A stretch of DNA of 63,554 nt, filler included, from Choristocarpus tenellus KU-1152 (taxonomy: Eukaryota; Protista; Phaeophyceae): the NCBI GenBank assembly GCA_964200185.2. It is 6 parts of 6 records of this genome, joined end to end, with 100 filler letters (N's around TTAATTAATTAA, not from the genome) between each part and the next. Parts side by side here need not be neighbours in the genome. Positions count along the whole stretch, not along the records: positions 9,869 to 23,625 come from CAXNAD020001378.1; positions 23,726 to 28,264 come from CAXNAD020014100.1; 4 more parts are not named here. One strand, written 5' to 3'. How positions within the stretch are numbered: the stretch's first letter is position 1; the number at the start of each line of letters is the position of its first letter. Both the position numbers and the translations under genes were made by a program. Below the pieces are notes generated by a model. The model ran no database searches. It saw only the letters and a list, made by a program, of their open reading frames with translations, and was not told where the DNA came from. Shown here in pieces: positions 12,872 through 26,070 of the stretch.

Positions 12872-13976
12872 TCAGATTCCTTCAATGGCCTTGATCACAG
12901 CTTCAGACATGGACACTGCACCAAAGACTCCCCCCTGCTTCTTGATCATACTGATCGCGGCCTTATGATTCTCCAGATCTGTAGCTGCGCAACAGTCCTG
13001 GATTGCAAGAAAGAAACCGGAAAAGAGATATATTGAGTAGACGCATAAACGAAATATTAGAGCGTAATCAAGTATCATACAACAGTGCCCGTCACGATTG
13101 GGAACCAGTCATTATTCGGTCTTAAACAAGTTGCTAGGAGTACGAGATAAAGGAATGGGGGCTTGAGAGGTGTGCCAACTTCTATCCCATCATCGAGTTT
13201 TCACAAATATCGGTTTTCTAGTGGATAATATGACATGTATTTTGAGGTAAACGTTCTGACTGCATGATCGACATGGAAGAATACAAACCTCAAGGAGGAC
13301 GCACTCGTAGCCCATATCATTTGCGTTTCTCATTGTGGTGTGAACGCACACATCCGTTGTAACTCCTGCCAGGATGATGTTCTGCACTCCTCGGTTCCGG
13401 AGAATCATGTCAAGTTCCGTGCCCACAAATGATCCTTTGCCTGGTTTGTCGATGACAACCTCGCCAGAGGCTGGCGCAAGCTCTGGGATGATTTCCCAAC
13501 CTGGTTCCCCCCTAACGAGAATTCTTCCACAGGGACCAAGATCCCCAATACCTGCTCCAATCCGTTGGCTTCTCCAGCGCTTATTTTCCGGGCAATCGGA
13601 AAGGTCTGGTCTGTGTCCTTCTCGGGTGTGCATCACATGGAATCCCCCAACCCGAGCAGCAGCGAGAACACGCTTAATGGGCTCAATAGGAGCCCTAGTA
13701 AGAGAAAGATCGTACCTGAGCAGAAGGGGGGCATGAATGAGCTGGGGTTGATCATGGAGATCTACATGCCGTGACAAAAACGACCATGTTGCTGCTCACG
13801 GCATCAGATGTCCCTGATCAGCAAGAAAACGTAACTTACCCCATGGTGTCCACATATCCTCCTTCTCCGCAAAAGTCAACTTGCATGTCTATGACGAGCA
13901 AAACAGTGTTCTTGGGAGAGAAACTGCCATTATAGGGCCATGGATATGGATCAGAATCCAGATGCACCGCAGGCAT
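12872..13976 (-). CDS. biuH: Biuret amidohydrolase (isochorismatase-like cysteine hydrolase), 3 exons
   Basis: Exons 13976-13840, 13715-13289 and 12997-12872 (GT-AG, phase-consistent) give [134 protein letters not shown]. The Asp-Lys-Cys triad and the BiuH-type F, second K and Q residues are present. Confidence 0.92.
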
Positions 13977-16924
13977 ATTTACTTAACCCCCTGACCAAAG
14001 CAATGGAGACAAAGGATCACAGCACACAAAACCTCCAACGCTTATCGTTCCCTTCAAGTCATGAACACAGTACAGATATTACCTCAGATTCGAGTGTTGA
14101 GAACAATATGCAAAGAAGACTGAAGATCGAAGTGAACAACTACTCTTATCCTGTGTCAAAGATCCTCATCGTCTCGCCAATTTATTCTACACTGTTCTTC
14201 GAATGTCCTAATATACGTCATGTGTGTGAAGAATGACGTTTGATATGGTGAAACCTTCAAAAGCCCAAAGAATTATGGAGTATTATTTTTATTATTATGT
14301 ATGCCCTCTTCCATTTTATTGATGTGACAGGGGGAAACCAATGAAAACTATACATATTGTCAATATAATAAGCCCTATGGAAATAAATGCCAAAAATGTG
14401 AAAGACACTTGATATATATATTATTTCACGACTATACTATGTTGTACTACTTACTGCCTTCCTGTGTCTCCAATCTACCCATCCATACCTGTGCCCTGAG
14501 AGGAGGAGCTAGGGAGGCATCCCAAGAATCCAATAAAATATATTGAGCATAATTTTGAGAGTATGCATATTATTTTTATTCCAACTGTTAATTCCTCAAT
14601 AATAATAGTAGTACTTTGAAATAATACATTTTTAATGTTTTACTGACACACCTTCAAAATGTGAGAGACATAATCAAATATTATTATGGGTAGTTACACA
14701 CTTCTATCAGGATGCCATGTTTTTTACATTGGAGACATCAAGGAGAGGTCTATGCCTGCGTGGCTGTACCAGTCAGCAAGGAAAGAAGAGGAAAAGCTCC
14801 TTCAGTGCGTAGTCACTACAGATGTAGCATATGTAAAGCAATAGACAAGAAAATAACAACAAAAAAAGGTGAACCAGGAGAAGGGGACAATCCTGAACAG
14901 ATTTAGACATTTGTTGGTGTCGGAATGGAAGAAGAGAGAGGAAAGAGATGGGAGCCTCATATGATTCCCCGTTGCTAAATATGATCAAATGGTTGAAGAG
15001 TAGAATGACCTTGTGGGTGTTTTCTTACTGCTTGTTTGATTGTTTTTTGTACCTCAAACGTAATCAACGGTTATGTCAGAGAAGTTTAACTGCAGTACCA
15101 AACCCCATATATAATCCAGATGTACTACCTCCTTAGTAGTATCACATGGACTCAATCCAACGCCATAGTCTCACACACAAAAAACAGGGTACACCTTGCG
15201 ATTGTCCTATTTTTGGACAAATCCCACTATTCCATCAAGCCTCTCCTCGACGATCGTTCTGCTGGAGAGTCTAATTTGAAACGAAGTCTTTACATTACCA
15301 GTTGAGCAGTAGCTTAATAAATATACAATATGCCTTGGGCGTGATTTCACCATTCCCCTTCAGTTAAAACTCCACACACGCCTACCTCCTACAACATGAA
15401 TCTCAAGCTCATCTAGAGATTGTTCCGCCTGTGTGCCTAGAAGACGCCCCAAGCTTTCAATCAAGATGTAGAGGTGGATACATTTACGAGGGTCAAAGGA
15501 TCCCTAGTAGTGGCTAAACTTTCGAGCCTCGACTGCACTCCAGCAACACTGATAGGAAATGGAGGGGTGCATGTGTACCTTGGTAGAGATTGTGACCTGA
15601 ATCAGGTAATGACTTGAGATTATGTACATAATTGTACAATTGATACCTATTTTTTTGGTTAGCATCGGTACACAACCTCAACCTTTCTATAAGGTGGGAA
15701 CTAACATGGAATTCTACGCCAACGAAGGCATCACAGGTCAGGACCCTTCCAGAAAGCATAAATCAAATACTACTACTTTCTGGTCATCACATTCTGACTC
15801 ATAAACCATCCCTCAAGAATCATGTTTATGCTAGAGAACCTGGATTACCTTTGGTTGTTGTTGCGAAGAAAATCAAAGGCCAACTCATTGTTTAACTCCC
15901 CACCACCTTTCAACACCCAGAAGGCTATCATGGTGTCTTCCTGTCCTTCCCTCTCGGTTGCTTTTGGTGGGGACAACTTCGCCACCCCCACAAAGACAAA
16001 GAAGCCCGATCACAACACAAAAAACGAGGCAAATACAGCCAGACAGAGGATAACCAATCAAGCCGACAAGAACAACAAAAGTCAACCCACTCGCCCCCCT
16101 CCCCTGATTATCAGGGAGGTGGGAGGGAAAGTTACTCAGTACCGATTGGATCCCCATCAACTTCACCTTGTGAACATACCATTTCAAAAAGCTGTATCCC
16201 ACCCTCTTCTCTTCCTTCCACCTGTTTTTTATTGGACACATTCTGCGATTTTTAGGAAGTTTGGTGGGGGTTCGTAATATTATTAGGGGTTTTGTTGCTT
16301 AGTGTTTGGTTATGAAGTCCTTTTTCTAAAGCAGTATTAATTGGTCCCCTCATACATAATACAACCCACCAACTTGTCAAGTTCTGTTATCTTATCAGTT
16401 TTACTTATATCTTCAATTGGCTACATATTCTTCACTAATTTCAAGAGTAATTATTAGATGAGGTTAGACTATCGTGTCGTCACTCAACTGTTCGCCACAC
16501 AGTATCTTTTGGTTCTCTTATACTGTACTTTATACTAGTATTTTCAAACCCTACACTTTCCTCAGAACAATTTCTTCAAGATCGATTCCATTAACTCACT
16601 CCATCAAGTCATCCCTCACCTTGTCCCTCCTCATTCAATCTGTTGTTATTATCTAATGATCTCCATAATGATATGTCGCCTAACAACTCAAACCAAAAAT
16701 ATTTCGAACTCCTCCTTCGCTACAGTGGCGTCATGGTTTCCTTCACAATCAGAAGACTTTAGATCTTCCCTTTGAATGCAGAAAGAAATGTTGACATTTA
16801 GGAAACTGGATGTAGTTCCAAAGTATCTAACCCTAACCTTAAAGTATATATATCCTGTCTATATACTTTGGCGTTTTGGAGGAAATATATTATGGGTACC
16901 AAAACAATGTAGTATAATTCAGAC

Positions 16925-17198
16925 GACCAAGGCATTTTACAGGGTAGGGCCACGTCCGTTCGGGGATATAAATCCAATGTTGCGATTTTGATGAATTTTT
17001 TTTGTCTGTCGTGTTTGTTAGCAAGTGTCAATATCCTTCCTTCAGATACACCTTTCATGGCCATACACATTTACTACTCCGAAATGTTTCTGTGTTCACA
17101 CAGACATAAAACTGAAAAAGGACACAAAAAAACGTGGGAAGCTAAGTCCCAAACGGACAAACAGGGCTAAACTCTTACCCTCTTAAATGCTCTGGGTC
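16925..17198 (-). mobile_element. MITE family B, diverged variant
   Basis: gaccaaggcattttacagggtag...taccctcttaaatgctctgggtc; internal caatgttgcgattttgatg matches reverse family B. Confidence 0.75.
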
Positions 17199-18538
17199 AA
17201 ATATGCACCAATCACGTATCAACTAATACGAATCAACTCATAGTACAATAATAATTGCATATTCACGAACCAAAAGTAAACATTGACTTACACACTCGAA
17301 AGAGGAACATCTTCCACAAGTCCCTATTTTGCAAAGTAGTAACGACTCCCTTTGTCACAGAGGCGTCGAAGGAATAGTTTGCGGGATCACTATAGTGGTG
17401 ACTATCACCCATTGGACAGGTACACGAGACATAGGGAACGACATGCATACTTACATATCCTAAAAGCAAGAACCGATGTGAACCTGTTCGTGGACAAACA
17501 ATGGAAGACAAAAAGTGGTTGGTTTTGGTGACAAAGTACAGAGCAAAAATAGTACACGCTCACCAGTCAAACAGGCAGCGTAGAGACTGACCATACTATT
17601 TCCCTTTACACAAGAAGATTAGAAGCTTCGATATGTTGTGAACTTTGGTCTTTAAAACATTCAAAAGCAAACAGTTTTGATCTCACACACGTTGTCTGGG
17701 ATAATAGGTTGTATTCTTGTCACCTTACCTCCGGATTCTGGACGGGCACCCTATCCAACACAAATGCCTTGCAATTGGTCCTTATCGACAGCTCCAAGGG
17801 TTTAGACCTGATCACTACGGATCATCTTCCTTGAGGGCGTGCTAGGATATACGAACTTCAGTGCAGAGTAGAGAGCACTTTCAGCTGCATTGTTTTATTC
17901 AGTCTGCCCAAAATCAGGCATATATTTCCCTTGTTTTACCATAACTTTTTCGACCCACCGTTGTCCTCTGAATAGGCAAAGGTCCAAGAGATTTTGCTCG
18001 TTATGAGCTGTTGACGTTTCAGAGAGTGAAGGTGCCAGCCAGCACCTTGCACTCCGTGCATAGAAAATGTGATGGGAAATAATATTATTCTCTTCTATAT
18101 ATGTGTGGCAAGGGAGGGAAGGATGGTGACCTTTCAACTCAAAAATGAAGGATCACTTTAGGTGTTTCAGTTTCTTCTATCGGAGGTTGAACAAAGCAAT
18201 CATGTCTAGATACTTTAAATTCACTCTAGGTAAGCTTTTAGGGGCAATGGTTGCATTTTACAATTTGTGGAAAATTAAGTGGAATATTTTTTTGAGTTTG
18301 TTCCCAGGCTATACATTATACGGTTATATCGCAAGAGAGGATGCCAACCTCCATCAGCAATTACCAGCCAATTAGACTGTAGATGGTGGGTATAAATAAA
18401 AAACAGTACTAGAAAAGATGGTTGGCTCACCCAGAATCGGTTGCGTCATCTCTAAGAGGTCACAAAGTCAGACACCAACACAACAGCAGACTGCTCATGG
18501 TGCTGGCGATTGTGTGTTGCCACTAGCAGATGAAATAT

Positions 18539-18715
18539 GACCCAAAGTATCTGTGTATGGGGGAGGTCTGCACCAGGGTGTCCATTTGGTCCATAACCAG
18601 GAAAAGTGCGCTTACACTATCCATCCAACATATGCAACCAAATCACACAAAAATCGCAACATTAAAATATTGGCCCCAATTGGACAGCCGCCACCCCCCC
18701 CAGATGTTTTGAGCC
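18539..18715 (+). mobile_element. MITE family A, full copy
   Basis: gacccaaagtatctg...cccccagatgttttgagcc; no clear TSD. Confidence 0.8.
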
Positions 18716-19982
18716 ACAGTATGTCGATTATGGTGGAAGGAGTGACGGTTGAACTTGTGAAGGATGTATTTCATGAGTGTTGAACCTTTTCCATTCTATA
18801 AAAGCACTATTTGATATTATAAGAGTGATTTGGAAGTGATCATCAAATCTTTGGAGCAATAGCTTTCAAAATATTAGTGGTTAAAATGAGCCATTTTTTT
18901 GTATTTCCCCCTCCATGCACTAGCCACACCCGTAATCACCCGTCCTGAATGCGACCGAAAAAAAAAAATGAAACGGCGGTTTATTCCACCTTCAACTCTT
19001 TCTGTCATATAATACGTTATGCAAACACTGTGTTCACAAACCTAGTGTGGATAATGTGTTGCAGCGATATATCTCGATGGAGATTTGATAAACGCCATTA
19101 TGATTTCGAAGTCTTTGATTTTATATAGTTGTACTTCTTGACTATTTATTTATTATTTAGTCATTATCATGCCCACGGGTGGTAAATTGTTGCCAGTTCC
19201 TTTTTGGATAATGATAGTTGATACTTGTGAAGGGAATAGTCCAAGTGAGAGATCCAGCATACTTCACGACTTGTGCCTCAGGAGTCCTGTACGTGCATCA
19301 GCGACATCTGCAGGCTTGTGGACTGGAGCTATACATCCCATGGAGGTAAGCTATGGAGCGTGCTGTAACATGGAGATCCTGCCAAGACTTCGGCGTTGTA
19401 ACAAATGTAGCAGCATCAGGTCTCAAGCTTTTAGGTAGATGATGAGGGTAGATGATGGCACCATAATGAATAATCATGAAACATGCTGAACCTCTCACTT
19501 TGATTATTGATTTTTTGACTCGACTGAGAATATAGAACAGACTGGAGTATGGGCTATGAAGGCTGTCTATCTCATAATGACAAAAATAGTAAATAAAAGG
19601 TCCACAATCCCAATACTACCTCTGTCACATTAGTCTGGGCTGTTAAGTTGTAGCTCTTCGGGCTCACCTCCGATTACAAAGCAGACCATTGCGTTGAATT
19701 CCTTGGAATGTTTTACATTAAATGTTATGTCTCACCTTTATTCCACATCGTCAACCCACCAATCCAGGGCTGCTGTGGCGCCAGCTCTGCCTACTTCGAC
19801 TGATCTAGCCAATCCGCCCGCCCACTGCCTTTTTTGGTCTCAGAGTACTCTAACTTAGGTGGTTACTCTACTAGGTGGTGTGACCATGGTATATTGATTT
19901 GAAATAAACACAAGGTGGGCCATAAGATACGCTTTTATGTTTCAAGAAAGTGGAAACACATACATGTAAGAGGACAGTTACC

Positions 19983-20127
19983 AAAAATGTATACGACTAT
20001 GAAAGGTGTATCTGGAGCAAGGATATTGACACTTGCTAGCAAACACGACAGACAAAATTAATCAAAACCACAACATTAGATTTATGATCCCTAACAACGG
20101 ATGCAGACCTACCCTCTCAAATGCTTA
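19983..20127 (+). mobile_element. MITE family B variant, right half
   Basis: aaaggtgtatctggagcaaggatattgacacttgctagcaaacacga...ctaccctctcaaatgct. Confidence 0.7.
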
Positions 20128-20919
20128 TATTTGAGTAAATTACAGCTGCTACCACTGCCAATAAGAATGGGGTTGATAGTACTGATAATTACTCGGGGTT
20201 ACCTACAGTATATTCTAGCGATTGTAGCTAGCCACAAGAAACTGATAGCATCATTGCCTTCCTTTCAAGGTCACAGTAGCAGTAGACACAAATTTTGGTA
20301 GTATTATTAGCATGAACCCCAAGTTGCTTGCTTTTGCACCGCTACCCCAAAAAGAAAGAGGGTAACAATATTGGTAACTTCTGTGGGCCTAGTGACAACG
20401 ATTTCTTTCAGGTTGTAGTCGGCCAATAGTATCAGCAACATTGTCATTACCGTCCATTTTCGTCAGCCGTAGTGGTAGTACCACTACCAGGGATACTATT
20501 ACAGAAGTTAGTATGGTTACTAGCATTATTCTCTTGGGATTTTGTAACTATTTATACACTTTCGTTTATTGTGTTGTAGATAAATGTTGCATGTCCAGTA
20601 TGACGATGTTGATTCATTGTCCTTCACGAGAATGCTCCCTCGTATCCGTATTTGTGCATCAATTCTTCCGTATTTCGGGCGTATTTGCATGTACTATTGA
20701 TATATTCGGGTTGATGAACATTTGCGTCACACACATACATACTACTTGCCAACACTACTTCAAGCATGCCAAGCAATACATAAACTTTCTCGATCAATTC
20801 TTGGTATGCTATTCATTGTTAATTTATTTCTTGTTACCCAGTTACCACCTGTTAGTACCGTAGGAAGCAGCAGCAACACTGAACGTACTACCTCACTCAT
20901 AATATACAAAGAAGTATAC

Positions 20920-21021
20920 GGCTCGAAGTATCTGGGGAGGGTGGCGGCTGTCCATTTGGGGCCAATTTTTTTATGTCGAGATTTTTAGGTGATTTGGTTG
21001 CATACGTGGGATGGATAATGT
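20920..21021 (-). mobile_element. MITE family A, right half in reverse orientation
   Basis: ggctcgaagtatctgggg...ggctgtccatttgggg...ggatggataatgta. Confidence 0.75.
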
Positions 21022-21560
21022 ATGAAGTTGGGTCAAACCTTCGAGGTGTGGTCCTGATTTCAATGTTTTATTCCTGTAGCCAGTCTACCATGCCCTCGTT
21101 AAGTATTGGGAGAGGTGAAACTTTGGAGATCACATGCTGCAACAAAGTATCATGTCAGGTAGATGCATATTACTTGCCAAAATTGCGAGTGTGCCCCTTA
21201 CAGCACAGCAAAATGAGCCTTTTCATTGGTAAAACTACGCGCAATAATCAGTCATAAAAATCTCTGGCCATTTATTACATTAACACAACATGTAGCCTTG
21301 GATGAGACCTCTCTATATATGCCATAGTGCATAATTTTGTAATCGCGACCATAGAAGTTGTTGGGGGGAAAACGAAATCGGAAGGCAAGGGGATACGTAT
21401 CTATGCCGTACGTCCACCTCGCCATTCAAACAATAAACAGTAACACGAAAAATAACAGCCTTTCCCTCTCCCTTCCAGTTTTCGGTACCATTCCTAGAAC
21501 ACCACCTAGCAATAACTACTTGTAGCACTATCTCAGGAAAATGGTTAGGTGTATTGTTCC

Positions 21561-22982
21561 TCAATCCCGACAAATTTCAGGGAGAACAGACGAAACCTCC
21601 GCATCACTATCTTCCCCCTCTCCATCCATGTCGAGGCAGGTAAAGGAGATCTCACAAGCAACATATGTTTTGGACATACGGACAGTGTTAGGTCCTGACC
21701 CGTACCTGGCCGCCACTCGACAATCGTATGCTTCTGGTCGACCAGGATGCATTGACTTAACACCTTCCACTGCACGGGCTGCTCGCCTGATAGATTCCCA
21801 GTATTTTCTTCCGCCATCTTCAGGGTCGAATCTGGCGATGTCTTCTGTACCAGCCCACGCTGCTATGCCCCGTGGATAGTCAGTTATTTCTGTGCCATCC
21901 GATTTTGTATAGACAACAGGTGTTTCTATTAAGGTATCCACGTAATACACACCCGTTACTAAAAGGAACGCAGCACGGTCCATATCAGTCTTGCCCTCCA
22001 CCACTGCATGATGCCTGTGTGCAAGCAAGAATAACGTTCATTATTACAAAGACAAAATCGAGGGCATTTAAATTGCTGAGTGAGGACCACCAGAAGGGCA
22101 AGATGAGGCGGGTATAGGCTGCGGCTTGTTTCTGAGGTGTCACGAGGGGGGACCAATGTAGGGTGGGCGGTTTACCAATGTGTGTCCTAAGTACTGATTT
22201 CTCAACAGTGTCCATCAACTGCAAGGCAGCACAAGTTGCACCAGGTATAAATAAATGTACTAGTACTAGGCAGAATACGAACTCTGCTAAATCTGTGGTG
22301 ATAGGATTACCGGGTGCTCTTCATCACCGGAAGGACATGGTTAGCGCACCTGGCTAGATCCTTCACTTCCTGGTCAGTCTCTTCTGCAGTGAGGTCTACC
22401 AAGCCGGTGTCAGGGCTCATACTTAGAAGGCGCGGTTCGGTGTTGAGGGCGTGTATTAGTTGTCTTTCGTCTACAGCGTAAATTGCGTAGATGTTGGCGT
22501 GCTCGTCACAACCACTGGGGATCACCACGGGATTTACCAATGGTTGCCCTGGTTCTGGAATATACTCTCGCCACCCCTCTTGCTTGACGTCTAGGTAGGC
22601 CTTGTATCCACGGACAAGGGCGTTGCCAATCAGGGATGCCTTGACCTCCCCTTCCATGCCGTGTCGGTAGTCTAGATATTTTCTGGCTGGAAATCCTTCC
22701 TTGGTTATGGTTTTACCAGGTAATTAGTACAACATGATTGCACCCGTAGTTGAGGGTGCAAATAATTAACGACATGTAAGAATTTTGTGGAGCGTGGGGT
22801 TCACACTGCATGAGCCATCAATTGTTTCACCCAGTCATTGATAATACAGCGACTTGAACAGTCGTACTGACCTGAAGGCCCCCACTCACTCCAACGAGCA
22901 GGAAGTTTGGTTCAGCAACGACGATACACATTGCACTCAAGACACACACAGTTAGTAGCCCCGTTGCCGTTACCGTCCACAT
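21561..22982 (-). CDS. Secreted protein of unknown function, 3 exons (~311 aa)
   Basis: Exon 1 22982-22890 (MWTVTATGLLTVCVLSAMCIVVAEPNFLLVG, signal-peptide-like, donor gtgagt). Exon 2 22699-22311 (branch point tactaat, donor gtaatc). Exon 3 22014-21561 (acceptor cag). Splicing joins the 116-aa and 155-aa ORFs in frame. Confidence 0.75.
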
Positions 22983-23525
22983 ACCACTCTTCTCAGAATA
23001 CAATGTGTTCGCACTACAATCCTTTCACAACCTCTTATGGACGACCGGTACTGTGATTAAGATGGCATGACCTGCTAAAATGGGAGGTTTTCACCGGGTT
23101 GTCTTGTTACCCTCAAAGGTGTTTGAAGGTGAAGATAATATGAAAGTAGAACCTTCAGTTCTATTATTGTTGTAGAATAAATAGTGTAGATGACACATCT
23201 CGAAAAATGTGAGAGCGAAAAATAATATAAATATAGTGTAGATTGGAACGGACGGTACGTTTTAAATCTTGTGGGAAAACAATGAAACAAACAATGACAG
23301 TTGTCTATTCCTCCAATGAAAATATGATACGTAGGGTTTTTTTACATATACCTTCAAAATAATATTCTCTCTACTACAGAAAACATAGTATTTGTTAATT
23401 GGATATCAATAAAGATATATATATATATATTTATTGTACCATTAAACAGTCAAGAAGGAGGCGAGATTAGAGTCAGTACAACTTCCACCAACCATTCGAG
23501 ATCACTGACGCTACGACTGTGCCTT

Positions 23526-23563
23526 GAGTCGAACTATCTTAGAGGGTAGAGCTTCGTCCGTTT
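23526..23563 (-). mobile_element. MITE family B terminal fragment
   Basis: gagtcgaactatcttagagggtagagcttcgtccgttt. Confidence 0.55.
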
Positions 23564-23625
23564 AACAGGTCTTTCTCAAAATTGAGGATGGTGCAGGACT
23601 ATGAGGATGGTTGTTTTGCGAAAAC

Positions 23626-23725
23626 NNNNNNNNNNNNNNNNNNNNNNNNNNNNNNNNNNNNNNNNNNNNTTAATTAATTAANNNNNNNNNNNNNNNNNNN
23701 NNNNNNNNNNNNNNNNNNNNNNNNN
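23626..23725. other. Artificial contig linker
   Basis: N44-TTAATTAATTAA-N44. Confidence 0.97.
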
Positions 23726-23767
23726 CAAATAAACAGCCGCCACCCCCCCCCCCAGATACTTTGAGCC
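23726..23767 (+). mobile_element. MITE family A, right terminus at contig start
   Basis: cagccgccaccccccccccagatactttgagcc. Confidence 0.75.
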
Positions 23768-24814
23768 ACATGGGAGTACTGAATGCCGATATACCACCAA
23801 AATTTGTCAACTTAAGGCCACCCCAACAATTATCGAACCTAGAACATGTGACCCAATATACAACTAACTGGGGCTTCCACAACGTGCCTGGTAAGAGAGG
23901 GGGGTGATACAATTTTTCTATAACAAAACAAGGGAACCAAGTAGTGTATGTAATTCTATAAAGTAGGAATAACGTATTCTTACATTTACTTGTTTGTTGC
24001 AAATCGCAAGAAAAGCGAGCCTTCTACACAAACGCTGTTTCCCATTAAATTACGATGTAAGATTTGTACACAAATTTTTCCTATTAATAAAATCCCAACG
24101 TAAGATTTGTACGAGATTGCTATTTTATGATAATTAAGTCAAAACATAAGATTTGTGTACGATTCTTGTTTATACTTACTAAATCATGGTCCCTGGTGCA
24201 GCCTCAAAATCCATTTCTGTTACTAGTTTGTGGGGGAACCAGGGGCAGATTGTCTTTGTCTTCTTCTCAGACACACGTTCAACCTCAACGATTCGCGCAC
24301 CTTTTTCAATCACTTAATCATCTTTTCAAATTTTTGTCGAGTCCTTGACACAATTCACGTCCATCATCAGCATGAAGGTTACACCATGCTTGTAGCAACT
24401 CCCAACGCATTTCCTTGCTCCCTTCCTCTTCCGCAATGTGCTGGTATTTCTTGGGAGGTCTCATGGTGTAGACATGGTCTTCTTCTACGGGAACAGAAGG
24501 TTCGATGCTGAGCCTCCCGATCACTATAGATAGTAAGAAGAGCTGGATCAAAATGGGTTGAATAAGATTTTGTTTGACTCTAAACCATTCCTATAGTCAC
24601 AATTCCATAGAAGAATGGCACATAATGAATAAACGCCATTATTATTTCCCCCCCCCCCAGTATGTTGGGGTTTGTGATAACTTCTTTTTAATGCTCTCTT
24701 GTAGGTACCATACAACTACCTCCTATTTTGTCGAACACAAAATTAGACATGGATGGTTGGGTGTTGGTGTTGAAGAGGATTCAACCAGAAGGTTCAAGGA
24801 TACAGCAACTTCGG

Positions 24815-26070
24815 GATTATTAAAGCGTGTAACATATGATATCGAATATCATAATTTAGTTGTCGGTTCGATGTCGATCTTTTCGATCTGAATCGTAGAG
24901 ATCCAACTATTTCGATATCATATGGTTCACAACATTACCTTGTTGTTTGCAAGTCCTGTGACCTTATCCTTGCCATGGAGGTGCCTATGGATCAAAGTGT
25001 TGGAGGAGAGAGTTCAATGCAGTGGGGTCAACGTTTGTCTGGTATAGATGGCAATGGCGACTCAGATCGTGGCAAACAAGAGGTGAGGAGGTGTAGCAAC
25101 CCCTGACCAGATGCAACAAGTAACTTACTAGTTGGTGCTTCGACTTTAGTTATAGTGCTTTCCTGGAGATCCGTACTGACTGCCAGCTTCAGAATGAAGA
25201 AAACACAATGAAACTTTATGCTCGGCTCTCCGCTGTAGTGCCTGAAATCCAGCAGACCTGAAATGGCCCCATCCTTTGTGCTTCTACTCGTGATGGGTCT
25301 GTGACCTGTTTCACGTTTGCATCGTTTGCGATCCTTGTTGTTAACCTTTCACTGCATTTGGTTGCTTTGTGTCGTTACAGCCTTACCCCGACGTGGGGTC
25401 TTCTTTGATACTTGACACTACTCGCCTCCAGGATGACGATTCATTTCCCTTCAAGTCTTACCAACCCTTATCCCTTGGGCTTCCCTGGTCAATATATGGG
25501 CACGGTTTTAGCGTCTGACATTTATCCGTAAAAGACCCCCCAACTGCGATGGTTGAGTAAGGCCTCCTCTTCCTCGTTGGCGACTAACCCCTTGGCTATG
25601 TATAGTGTAATACTACCTGCAATCCAATTTCACATTAAACCATACCCAGCATGGATGTGAGGATTGAGTCACCTCAGTTTATTACTTCTCCGACCAAACC
25701 CTGCTCGAGTCTTGCCTAGGTACGTGACTACAACCATTGATGATGGCACTATGCTGGTGCTGGGCGGGATTATTTACTCATATTGCATTTCATGGCTTCA
25801 ACTGAGACTCCTTCTACGACGTCCATTATCCCTGTATTCTGCGCCGAGGGTTGAGTTTGATGCCAGACCGAAGTTTGTGGTTGTGGTGAATTTGAGAAGC
25901 CTCTTCTTTTCAATAAAAAGGTTAAGCTGACTTGCGGGGACAGCCTCATGCTGTTCCTAGAATCGACCGTTCGATGCTAGTAAATTGCAAACCCATTTTT
26001 TTGAAGACGATATTCTGAAACGATCTGAAACCATACGTCACGAGGTTCCTTAGAATGGTGTGGACTGCCT
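24815..26070 (-). mobile_element. Possible highly decayed Ty1/copia relic
   Basis: Minus-strand fragments RLQKNGFAIY*HRTV (~25965-26015; cf. integrase TPQQNGVAERxxRT) and NYDIRYHML (~24825-24855; cf. RNase H KHIDIRYHF) lie in copia order. Many stops, no RT motif and no LTR seen. Confidence 0.3.

Noticed and set aside
13374-13736. Plus-strand 120-aa ORF
   Set aside because: Antisense shadow of biuH exon 2.
21561-22657. Frameshifted endogenous viral gene
   Set aside because: The apparent frameshifts are explained by a canonical GT-AG intron (22310-22015).
24057-24160. CRISPR-like array
   Set aside because: Repeat only ~13 bp, three copies, eukaryotic context and no cas genes.
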